Shown here one piece after another: positions 7,263 through 14,873 of a stretch of 20,074 nt of DNA. Below the pieces are notes generated by a model, which saw only the letters and a list, made by a program, of their open reading frames with translations, did not search any database and was not told where the DNA came from. The position numbers were made by a program, and so were the translations under genes. Position 1 is the first letter of the stretch. Each line of letters starts with the position of its first letter. The stretch lies in IMG/VR virus record IMGVR_UViG_2663763227_000012. One strand, 5' to 3'. This DNA is from a virus. Taxonomy: Duplodnaviria; Heunggongvirae; Uroviricota; Caudoviricetes.

Positions 7263-8208
7263 ACGCCCACTGGTTATAAACACGCAGCTGGCAATGAAAA
7301 TTGGCTTAAACGAAGCCATTGTTTTGCAACAACTGCACTACTGGTTGAGAGATACCAACTCCGGCATGGAATGTGATGGTGTTCGCTGGATTTATAACAC
7401 AACGGAACAATGGCTGGAACAGTTCCCATTCTGGTCAGAGTCAACGTTAAAGCGCGCGTTTGCAAGTCTGAAAACGCTGGGGCTTTTGCGTTGTGAAAAG
7501 CTCAATAAATCAAAGCGCGATATGACCAATTTCTACACGATCAACTATGGGAGCGAGCTTTTAGATGGTGGCAAATTGAGCGAATCCATCGGTTCAAAAT
7601 GCGCCGCTCCATCAGGTCAAAATGACACGATGGAAGAGGTCAAAATGAAACGCTCCATTGGTTCAAAACGACCCAATGTCATCGGGTCAAAATGGCCTGA
7701 TGATCTTACAGAGAATACAACAGAGATTACTACAGAGAATAAAAACACTTTTCGTCCGGAAGCTTCGCAACCGGACCCGCAGACGACTGAACAGGATTTT
7801 TTAACCCGGAACTCCGACGCGGTTGTGTTTAGTGCGAAAAAACGCCAGTGGGGTAGCAGGGAGGATTTGGCGTGTGCGCAGTGGATCTGGGGGCGGATCG
7901 TGGGTCTCTACGAACAGGCAGCCAGTGATGATGGCGAGATCATGCGACCAAAAGAGCCTAACTGGACTGCCTGGGCCAATGACGTGCGCACAATGCGGAT
8001 GCTGGATGGCAGAAGCCACAGACAAATTTGCGAAATGTTTGGTCGGGTTCAGCGAGATCCATTCTGGGTAAAAAACATCATGAGCCCGTCAAAGCTCCGC
8101 GAAAAATGGGACGAACTGGTCATCCGCCTGGGACGTTCACCTGTACAGCGTTGTGTTAATCATATTTCTGAACCGGATACAGAAATTCCGCCTGGTTTCA
8201 GAGGATAA
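7243..8208 (+). CDS. Phage replication initiator / replisome-organizer-like protein (O-like)
   Basis: ORF 7189..8208; I prefer the ATG at 7243 (MSLLFAERPLVINTQLAMKIGLNEAIVLQQLHYWLRD...), which gives a winged-helix-like N-terminal domain. Internal iteron array and position after the cro/cII-like genes support an initiator role. Confidence 0.6.
   Translation: MSLLFAERPLVINTQLAMKIGLNEAIVLQQLHYWLRDTNSGMECDGVRWIYNTTEQWLEQFPFWSESTLKRAFASLKTLGLLRCEKLNKSKRDMTNFYTINYGSELLDGGKLSESIGSKCAAPSGQNDTMEEVKMKRSIGSKRPNVIGSKWPDDLTENTTEITTENKNTFRPEASQPDPQTTEQDFLTRNSDAVVFSAKKRQWGSREDLACAQWIWGRIVGLYEQAASDDGEIMRPKEPNWTAWANDVRTMRMLDGRSHRQICEMFGRVQRDPFWVKNIMSPSKLREKWDELVIRLGRSPVQRCVNHISEPDTEIPPGFRG
7588..7694 (+). 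repeat. Five direct iteron-like repeats (consensus ~ATCGGGTCAAAATG) at ~23-bp spacing, candidate ori
   Basis: Copies at 7588-7601, 7611-7624, 7636-7647, 7657-7670 and 7681-7694 inside the initiator gene (seen as repeated IGSK in the protein). Confidence 0.55.
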
Positions 8209-8248
8209 GTGTTGATTTCAGGTCATGAGGTAATTTTAAGGGGGACTT

Positions 8249-8671
8249 GTGGCAAAAGTTTTTACACAAGAAGAGCGGGAAAAAATTAAATGGCAGGTGG
8301 TGGAACTCGTGCGCCAGAGCGGCCGTGAGACGTTACGGCAACTGGAAGCTAAAACAGGTGCGACTAGATATCTGATGAGCGTTCTTGCCAGAGAGCTGGT
8401 AGCCAGTGGCGATGTATACAACTCCGGCTACGGGTTATTCCCCTCTGAACAGGCGCGTAAGGACTGGCAAAACGCCCGCAAAAAACTCTCGAGGGCAAAG
8501 GTGAAGAAACCTGCTGTGGTTGATCCGGACCTTATCTGGTCATCACCTGACGGAGAAATACGTCGCTACGACAGTCGCCTAAACATAATCTGTCGCGAGT
8601 GCCGGAAGAGCGAAGTTATGCAGCGCATACTGGCTTTCTATCAGGGTAATTTTCAGGACGTGGCGCAGTGA
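8249..8671 (+). CDS. Hypothetical prophage protein, possible HTH
   Basis: 140-aa ORF with GTG start at 8249 preceded by GGGGG. Segment ETLRQLEAKTGATRYLMSVLARELV looks HTH-like. Stop overlaps the next gene's GTG start (GTGA at 8668-8671). Confidence 0.5.
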   Translation: MAKVFTQEEREKIKWQVVELVRQSGRETLRQLEAKTGATRYLMSVLARELVASGDVYNSGYGLFPSEQARKDWQNARKKLSRAKVKKPAVVDPDLIWSSPDGEIRRYDSRLNIICRECRKSEVMQRILAFYQGNFQDVAQ

Positions 8672-9024
8672 GTGCACCGGCAACCATTCTTGATATGTGC
8701 TGTGGCAGCCGCATGTTCTGGTTCGATAAGTCTGACGAACGGGCGATATTCAGCGATATCAGAAAAGAAGGATACACATTACGCAATGGGAGACGCTTGA
8801 TTATCAGCCCTGACATTATCGCAGATTTTCGTGCATTATCATTTGCAGACGCATCTTTTTCGATGGTTGTATTAGACCCTCCGCATCTTGAGAGTGTTGG
8901 TGATAACGCCTGGATGGGAAAGAAATATGGACGGCTGAATAAAGATGCCTGGCGTGATGATTCGCGACAGAGATTTAAAGAAGCCTTTCGGGTGTTGAGG
9001 CCGCACGGCGTTCTGATTTTTTAA
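8668..9024 (+). CDS. N6-adenine DNA methyltransferase-like protein, short and probably truncated
   Basis: 118 aa with SAM motif I-like DMCCGS and motif IV DPPH (VVLDPPHL), plus a RVLRPHGVLIF strand typical of class I MTases. Too short for a complete MTase fold; the frame stays open 30 codons past the TAA at 9022-9024. Confidence 0.55.
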   Translation: MSAPATILDMCCGSRMFWFDKSDERAIFSDIRKEGYTLRNGRRLIISPDIIADFRALSFADASFSMVVLDPPHLESVGDNAWMGKKYGRLNKDAWRDDSRQRFKEAFRVLRPHGVLIF

Positions 9025-10137
9025 TGGAATGAAACGCAAATACCGGTAAGCCAGATTCTGGCACTGACAGACAGAAAACCTGTTATCTGTCAACGAACAG
9101 GGAAAAAACGATAAAACCCACTGGATTATTTTTATGAAAGAGGCATCCAGTGAGTAGATTCGTAAGGCTACAGATACGTATATCTGAATAATTAAATTCA
9201 GTTCTGTAAATAAAATTTAATCCTTAACCGGATGGATTTCTGCACCCTCAGAACATCAGGAGGCCGCCCGAAAGGGCGGTAGTGAAATGCGAAAGTTCAA
9301 AATTATTATTGAAACGGGAATAGCTGGTGGAGATTTTGAGGATGTATTCGAAGTGGACGATGACGCAACACCTGAGGAAATTCATGACGGAGCATAAGAA
9401 ATTTTCTTTAACTACTGCAATTACTCATACCACGAAATAAAAGACGATGAGGAAGAACAAAGTGGCTGATTTTTGTTCAGCTAAATATAACATCAGTTTT
9501 GAAGAGCGGGATGAACTATTAATGGACTATGGTGAGTTACGCGGTGGAAGTGCTGCTGATGTCGAATCCTAGCGTGATGACTATGAAGCGGGAAAAACTC
9601 CGGTCGAAGCATATTGTGATGAGTGGGGCGATGAATGAGCGAGATTAATTATCAGGAAGGGCATGAAACGGCGGGGCAAGCAAAACCAGTGGCATGGCGA
9701 TATCGCTACGTGAAAAAAGGCGTTACGGACTTTCAGGGGAAGTAGTGGTCTGGTGACTGGAAATATGTACCGAAAAAAGAGGATTGTAACGACAGGCCGA
9801 ACTATCAAATTCAGGCCTTATTCACTGCCTCACCAGTCCCAGTTACATCAGAAGAACTGGTTAAAGCTGTGCACTTTTATGAACAACTAAAACGCGAAAA
9901 TCCACCAACATCCGGCAACTAGATTAATGGATTAACTATGTCGGTTAAACGACCAGCCAACTGAAAAAGCGGAAACCTGATTACAGGTTGCCAGATAAGG
10001 CAATGAGCTACCTGGCGCGGAACGGACTGATAAGTATGGGGAATGTTTTACGATGAACCTTTAGACTAAAGAGTTTGTAACGCTATGTAAGTGATTTTTT
10101 CTGGTTTAGATATTTATATGTCCGGCCAAATTGAGGT
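9025..10137. other. AT-rich decayed accessory segment with several gene-like frames each broken by an in-frame stop
   Basis: 9288-9470 (MRKFKIIIETGIAGGDFEDVFEVDDDATPEEIHDGA-TAA-EIFFNYCNYSYHEIKDDEEEQSG), 9490-9637 (in-frame TAG at 9569-9571) and 9635-9921 (MSEINYQEGHETAGQAKPVAWRYRYVKKGVTDFQGK-TAG-WSGDWKYVPKKEDC...). No ORF over 60 aa on the plus strand. Confidence 0.4.
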
Positions 10138-10176
10138 GTGTTTAAATGTAATTGCACATTGATTGTAGGAGGAATA

Positions 10177-10356
10177 ATGAAAAACGCATTGCAGTTTTTG
10201 TTTGTTGCGTTCTGGTTGTTCGCATCATGTATGCCCATCATCTTCACAGCAAGGTATATGGAAAAAGTTGATGTTTTGATATTAATATTTGGATATATAA
10301 ATGCCCTTTTTTTAGGGGTGTTCATGGCGGTCATGTGCATTGAATACTGGCGGTAA
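10177..10356 (+). CDS. Small hydrophobic (predicted two-TM) membrane protein
   Basis: 59 aa from ATG 10177 (MKNALQFLFVAFWLFASCMPIIFTARYMEKVDVLILIFGYINALFLGVFMAVMCIEYWR) with canonical AGGAGG 5 nt upstream. Lies in an AT-rich island. Confidence 0.45.
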   Translation: MKNALQFLFVAFWLFASCMPIIFTARYMEKVDVLILIFGYINALFLGVFMAVMCIEYWR

Positions 10357-10690
10357 ATACAGCGAACTCCATTGGTTTAGTTGGATATTTACTGTGCTGG
10401 ACAAAAACGGTTTGCGGGGAAATCTTAGTTAAGTAGAATGACTGCGGGTGCTTGAGGCTATCTGCCTCGGGCATGGACACCAACGGCAGATAGAGAAAAG
10501 CCCCAGTTAACATTACGCGTCCTGCAAGACGCTTAACATTAATCTGAGGCCAATTTCATGCTAGACACATGTAGGTTAGCCTCTTACGTGCCGAAAGGCA
10601 CGGAGAAGCAGGCTATTGTTAACACCAAGCTGTAATGTCCCCTTTGAACCATTCTAAAATGTCCCCAGACAATTCTCTGGGGGATTTTTC

Positions 10691-12004
10691 ATGATCAAAG
10701 AGACTGTTACGATGAGTCATAAGGAACTCCACCGACTTCAGATTATTCAGGAACAAGCTGCGGCACGCATTGGCATTTCTATTCGGCAGGTTAAACGTCT
10801 GGTGCAACGGTATAGAAATGAAGGGCCTTCTGGTCTGGTTTCCCACCGACGTGGAAAGCGTCCTAATAATTCCTTTTCTACTGAATTCAGAGCAACAGTA
10901 ATTTCACTCCTCAAAGGCCGTTACGCTGATTTTGGACCTACGTTTGCGTGCGAAAAATTGCGCGAGATACACGGTTTATCTTTATCCGTTGAAACTCTCA
11001 GAAAGTGGATGATAGAAGAGGGGTTATGGCGTGAACGCCGTCGTAAAATTGCCCGTATATATCAACGCCGCATGCGACGACCATCTTACGGTGAACTGAT
11101 CCAGATTGATGGCTCACCTCATGACTGGTTTGAAAATCGAGGCCCCAGATGTACACTGATCGTTTTCATTGATGATGCCACCAGTGCGTTGATGGCGTTG
11201 CGTTTTGTGCCTGCTGAAACAACCCGGGCTTACATGGAAACCCTCCGGGGTTACCTTAATGATCATGGCGTACCGCTCGCTCTCTACTCTGATAGACACA
11301 GTATATTCAGGGTAAATAACCCAGAGCGGGAAGGTGAGCTGACCCAGTTCACTCGTGCGATAAAGACACTGGGCATCGAGCCAATCCATGCCAACAGCCC
11401 GCAGGCAAAAGGGCGGGTAGAGCGCGCCAATCAGACACTACAGGACAGGCTGGTCAAAGAAATGCGGCTTCAGAATATCAGTGATATTGAAACAGCAAAT
11501 GCATGGTTGCCGACCTTTATTGAAGCCTATAACAACCGGTTCGCTACGTCGCCTCGTACTACTGATAATGCTCATCTTGATGTGCACCATTCTGAAGAGG
11601 AACTGGGTTATATCTTCAGCCTACAGGCGAAGCGCGTTCTGTCTAAAAATCTCACTTTCCAGTACAAAAGCAGTGCGTTTCAGGTACGCAGTGAGGGCCG
11701 GGGATATCGACTTAGGCATTCGGTTGTTACTGTATGCGAGAACTTTGACGGTGAAATTAACGTTCTGTATGACGGGAAAGCGCTGGGCTGGGAAAAGTAT
11801 GTTGATGGCCCGGAGCCTATACCACTGGATGATGAAAAGAGTGTCCATGAACGAGTGGATAATGCCCGTATTGATTTACGCTCAAAATACTATGTTAAAC
11901 CTAAAGCTGACCATCCCTGGCTTACGCGCCGAACGCAAAGTCATCAGCAAGTTAAGCCCCCGAAGTTACCTAAAAAGAAGCCTGATCCCGATAAAAAAGA
12001 TTGA
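10691..12004 (+). CDS. DDE transposase/integrase-core (rve) protein with N-terminal HTH, IS481/ISNCY-like
   Basis: 437-aa ORF: N-terminal HTH (IGISIRQVKRLVQRY), then an rve-type catalytic core (IQIDGSPHDW...TLIVFIDDATS...GRVERANQTLQD) and a basic C-terminal tail. Element boundaries not resolved. Confidence 0.8.
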   Translation: MIKETVTMSHKELHRLQIIQEQAAARIGISIRQVKRLVQRYRNEGPSGLVSHRRGKRPNNSFSTEFRATVISLLKGRYADFGPTFACEKLREIHGLSLSVETLRKWMIEEGLWRERRRKIARIYQRRMRRPSYGELIQIDGSPHDWFENRGPRCTLIVFIDDATSALMALRFVPAETTRAYMETLRGYLNDHGVPLALYSDRHSIFRVNNPEREGELTQFTRAIKTLGIEPIHANSPQAKGRVERANQTLQDRLVKEMRLQNISDIETANAWLPTFIEAYNNRFATSPRTTDNAHLDVHHSEEELGYIFSLQAKRVLSKNLTFQYKSSAFQVRSEGRGYRLRHSVVTVCENFDGEINVLYDGKALGWEKYVDGPEPIPLDDEKSVHERVDNARIDLRSKYYVKPKADHPWLTRRTQSHQQVKPPKLPKKKPDPDKKD

Positions 12005-12399
12005 AACCAAGATCGATTCGGTTGAGTGCATATCCATTCATAGGGTAGATTCTTAAGTCGCGTTTCTGGTGTTCATTTTCGGGTGGTTTGTTACTTGTTT
12101 TACCGGGGATATGCCAGAAACGCGCTGAGTCAGTCTGGGCGGTGCGCGTAATGAGGCGTTATGGTAAATAGCCTATGCTAATGTCCGCTAAGAGCAAGAA
12201 GCGGAAGTTGGCAGTTTTGTGGACTGTCCCCACAAAAGTGACTACAGAAATAGTTGCAATTCATAATTGATCATGGGTTGTCAGTTAAACTCGTGGCGAT
12301 TTAAATAGACTAATTGGGAGTGCGTCCATTACTTATATCTTGTAATGTTAACTATCAGAAATGATACAAAGATAATATGTCTTTAAAGAAAAGGCTGAT

Positions 12400-12427
12400 G
12401 GCGAAAAGTGGCCCGATGAGGGCCACA
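12400..12427 (-). terminator. Intrinsic terminator downstream of flxA
   Basis: Hairpin GTGGCCC-gatgag-GGCCAC (12408-12426) followed on the minus strand by a T-run. Confidence 0.5.
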
Positions 12428-12440
12428 ATACGGCTGTCAC

Positions 12441-12773
12441 TTAGACGTAAATATCAATGGTGCCAGCGGTATTTGTATCGTCTTTTTTCTCTTCTTTTTT
12501 ATCAGGCTGAACTGTCGCGTCTTCATTCTTTTTCTCTGCCTGCTGCCTTAACAACTGCTCCAGTTGAGCCCAGAGGCTTTCAATTTGCTTTTGTACCAAT
12601 GCAGCCATTTCTTTTTTCTGCTGTGTCGTCATCCCCTCTTCCGATGAGATTTTCCCAAGCTTTTCAGTCAGCACCTGAATTTGTCTTGTGATTTTGGCTA
12701 TTTCTGATGTTCCTTCCGGGGCGGAGTTGTTTGAAATAACGGTTGAGGTATTTCCCTGAATTGTGACAGACAT
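12441..12773 (-). CDS. flxA: FlxA (sigma-28-dependent Qin prophage protein)
   Basis: 110-aa ORF (MSVTIQGNTSTVISNNSAPEGTSEIAKITRQIQVLTEKLGKISSEEGMTTQQKKEMAALVQKQIESLWAQLEQLL...) matching FlxA as recalled. Confidence 0.85.
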   Translation of the reverse strand: MSVTIQGNTSTVISNNSAPEGTSEIAKITRQIQVLTEKLGKISSEEGMTTQQKKEMAALVQKQIESLWAQLEQLLRQQAEKKNEDATVQPDKKEEKKDDTNTAGTIDIYV

Positions 12774-12796
12774 AGATTTCTCCTTTTAAAAAAACA

Positions 12797-12824
12797 CTAT
12801 CGGCATGCACAAAAAAATCTTTAA
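12797..12824 (-). promoter_or_regulatory. Sigma-28 (FliA) class-3 promoter for flxA
   Basis: Minus strand reads TTAAAG-N15-GCCGATA (-35 at 12819-12824, -10 at 12798-12804), close to the FliA consensus TAAA-N15-GCCGATAA, about 25 nt upstream of the flxA start. Confidence 0.6.
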
Positions 12825-12975
12825 TCGTATTTCTTGTGTCATTAATTGTTTGATGTTCAGATTGTTTTCCTCGCGGGCTGGCGCGCCTCAGAAAGTAAAG
12901 CTTGTTGACAGGGGTAAACGTTCGGCAATAATTTTCTGCCGCATGCGGGTGTTGCATAAAACGTGTTACGTTCCT

Positions 12976-13281
12976 TTATCGACAGGTCAGGTCACCGCTC
13001 ACCCGCCGACGAGAAAGCAACACTGACATGCTAAAGCAAAAAATAGATGAATAAGTTGAGTTGTGCATATGTAGCCTGACCGTCACAAAGTATATGGTGT
13101 CTGTACCAGTAAGATGATGGCCGGACTCTTTAAAAACGAGCTGACCTGCACAATACAGGATGGACTTAGCAATGGCTGCTCCTGGCACAAAGCGGACAGT
13201 GATCACCGTTCTTACGACTACTTTCTGACTTCCTTCGTGACTTGCCCTAAGCATGTTGTAGTGCGATACTTGTAATGACAT
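12976..13281 (-). CDS. ydfV: YdfV-like hypothetical protein
   Basis: 101-aa ORF between flxA and relB, same position and length as Qin ydfV. Unusual composition, so it may not be a real protein. Confidence 0.45.
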   Translation of the reverse strand: MSLQVSHYNMLRASHEGSQKVVVRTVITVRFVPGAAIAKSILYCAGQLVFKESGHHLTGTDTIYFVTVRLHMHNSTYSSIFCFSMSVLLSRRRVSGDLTCR

Positions 13282-13294
13282 TTGTAATTACAAG
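13269..13294 (+). promoter_or_regulatory. relO-like operator in the relBE promoter
   Basis: CTTGTAAT-gacat-TTGTAATTACAAG: inverted and direct TTGTAAT hexads immediately upstream of the relB start. Confidence 0.6.
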
Positions 13295-13305
13295 AGGTGT
13301 AAGAC

Positions 13306-13545
13306 ATGGGTAGCATTAACCTGCGTATTGACGATGAACTTAAAGCGCGTTCTTACGCCGCGCTTGAAAAAATGGGTGTAACTCCTTCTGAAGCGCTTCG
13401 TCTCATGCTCGAGTATATCGCTGACAATGAACGCTTGCCGTTCAAACAGACACTCCTGAGTGATGAAGATGCTGAACTTGTGGAGGTAGTGAAAGAACGG
13501 CTTCGTAATCCTAAGCCAGTACGTGTGACGCTGGATGAACTCTGA
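13306..13545 (+). CDS. relB: RelB antitoxin
   Basis: 79-aa ORF (MGSINLRIDDELKARSYAALEKMGVTPSEALRLMLEYIADNERLPFKQTLLSDEDAELVEVVKERLRNPKPVRVTLDEL), near-identical to E. coli RelB as recalled. Confidence 0.9.
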   Translation: MGSINLRIDDELKARSYAALEKMGVTPSEALRLMLEYIADNERLPFKQTLLSDEDAELVEVVKERLRNPKPVRVTLDEL

Positions 13546-13832
13546 TGGCGTATTTTCTGGATTTTGACGAGCGGGCACTAAAGGAATGGCGAAAGCTGGG
13601 CTCGACGGTACGTGAACAGTTGAAAAAGAAGCTGGTTGAAGTACTTGAGTCACCCCGGATTGAAGCAAACAAGCTCCGTGGTATGCCTGATTGTTACAAG
13701 ATTAAGCTCCGGTCTTCAGGCTATCGCCTTGTATACCAGGTTATAGACGAGAAAGTTGTCGTTTTCGTGATTTCTGTTGGGAAAAGAGAACGCTCGGAAG
13801 TATATAGCGAGGCGGTCAAACGCATTCTCTGA
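13545..13832 (+). CDS. relE: RelE toxin (ribosome-dependent mRNA interferase)
   Basis: 95-aa ORF (MAYFLDFDERALKEWRKLGSTVREQLKKKLVEVLESPRIEANKLRGMPDCYKIKLRSSGYRLVYQVIDEKVVVFVISVGKRERSEVYSEAVKRIL). Start overlaps the relB stop (ATGA). Confidence 0.9.
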   Translation: MAYFLDFDERALKEWRKLGSTVREQLKKKLVEVLESPRIEANKLRGMPDCYKIKLRSSGYRLVYQVIDEKVVVFVISVGKRERSEVYSEAVKRIL

Positions 13833-13903
13833 ACCAAAGCATGACATCTCTGTTTCGCACCGAAGGTGACACTTCTGCTTTGCGTTGACAGGAGAAGCAG
13901 GCT

Positions 13904-14059
13904 ATGAAGCAGCAAAAGGCGATGTTAATCGCCCTGATCGTCATCTGTTTAACCGTCATAGTGACGGCACTGGTAACGAGGAAAGACCTCTGCGAGGTAC
14001 GAATCCGAACCGGCCAGACGGAGGTCGCTGTCTTCACAGCTTACGAACCTGAGGAGTAA
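13904..14059 (+). CDS. hokD: Hok-family membrane toxin HokD (RelF)
   Basis: Hand-translated 51-aa ORF (MKQQKAMLIALIVICLTVIVTALVTRKDLCEVRIRTGQTEVAVFTAYEPEE), below the track cutoff. GGAGAAG RBS; third gene after relBE. Confidence 0.85.
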   Translation: MKQQKAMLIALIVICLTVIVTALVTRKDLCEVRIRTGQTEVAVFTAYEPEE

Positions 14060-14127
14060 GAGACCCGGCGGGGGAGAAATCCCTCGCCACCTCTGATGTG
14101 GCAGGCATCCTCAACGCACCCGCACTT

Positions 14128-14158
14128 AACCCGCTTCGGCGGGTTTTTGTTTTTATTT
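14128..14158 (+). terminator. Rho-independent terminator after hokD
   Basis: CCCGC-ttcg-GCGGG stem (14130-14143) followed by TTTTTGTTTTTATTTT. Confidence 0.7.
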
Positions 14159-14275
14159 TCAACGCGTTTGAAGTTCTGGACGGTGCCGGAATAGAATCAA
14201 AAATACTTAAGTAGCGCGCAGGGATAAGAGGGATGGTCCCTTAAAGGGGAGAGCTAATTATCCGGAAGGATTCTG

Positions 14276-14527
14276 ATGATGAACATCGAAGAACTGCGTA
14301 AAATTTTTTGTGAAGATGGCCTCTATGCTGTGTGCGTTGAAAATGGAAATCTTGTTAGTCATTACCGCATTATGTGTTTGCGAAAGAATGGGGCTGCGTT
14401 AATTAATTTTGTGGATGCTCGGGTCACGGACGGATTTATCTTGCGCGAAGGTGAGTTTGTCACTTCATTACAGGCATTGAAAGAGATCGGAATAAAAGCT
14501 GGCTTTTCTGCTTTTTCAGGAGAATAA
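14276..14527 (+). CDS. rem: Rem-like small prophage protein
   Basis: 83-aa ORF (MMNIEELRKIFCEDGLYAVCVENGNLVSHYRIMCLRKNGAALINFVDARVTDGF...), matching Qin Rem in length and position after hokD. Confidence 0.6.
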   Translation: MMNIEELRKIFCEDGLYAVCVENGNLVSHYRIMCLRKNGAALINFVDARVTDGFILREGEFVTSLQALKEIGIKAGFSAFSGE

Positions 14528-14593
14528 ACTCATCTACAATCTTGCGCGGGGCTGAACTCCCGCTGAGTAACACCGTGCCACCGGAGAAAACCG

Positions 14594-14872
14594 ATGGCAC
14601 GCAACGCAAAATATTACAATTCTGATAATTCGCCCGTTCTTGCCTGCACGCACGGGCGGTATTCTCACGCATTCAAGTCTGAATGGTTCCAGCACCCTCC
14701 ATGCACTGCAGAACAGGCCGAATGGCTGATTCATTCTTACCGCAGGCGCGGGTTCGAGGTTAAGAAAGCTCTCAGTCTCGACTATCGGCACTGGATAATC
14801 TCTGTCAGGCTGCCTTATTCCGAACGCCCACCACGTGCGTCCCGCACTTTCCAGCAACGGATCTGGAGGTAA
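14594..14872 (+). CDS. Hypothetical protein (Cys/His-containing)
   Basis: 92-aa ORF with GGAG RBS before ATG 14594. Its stop (14870-14872) lies 1 nt before the GTG start of the DUF968-like gene. Confidence 0.5.
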   Translation: MARNAKYYNSDNSPVLACTHGRYSHAFKSEWFQHPPCTAEQAEWLIHSYRRRGFEVKKALSLDYRHWIISVRLPYSERPPRASRTFQQRIWR

Positions 14873-14873
14873 C

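Noticed and set aside
7561-7700. Short direct repeats that could be mistaken for a CRISPR array
   Set aside because: Repeats are ~14 bp at 23-bp spacing, lie inside a coding sequence and have no cas genes; the geometry fits replication iterons.
9022-9925. Possibility that the in-frame TAA/TAG codons are read through (suppression or recoding) rather than being pseudogene lesions
   Set aside because: No recoding signals are evident, E. coli has no general stop-codon reassignment, and the stops are of mixed type in separate genes; decay is the simpler explanation, though a search would be needed to be sure.
10691-12056. ORFs 11114..11389 (-), 11481..12056 (+) and 11621..11848 (-) within the transposase-like gene
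   Set aside because: Nested in or antisense to the 437-aa rve-domain ORF; no independent support.
12377-12957. ORFs 12377..12691 (+), 12664..12957 (-) and 12805..13026 (+) around flxA
   Set aside because: They overlap flxA or its sigma-28 promoter in other frames and have low-complexity translations.
13830-13910. A Sok-like antisense RNA and mok frame upstream of hokD
   Set aside because: I could not identify a convincing antisense promoter and terminator pair or an overlapping mok frame in this short interval; hokD appears to be the relBE-linked Hok copy lacking these elements. Not excluded without a search.
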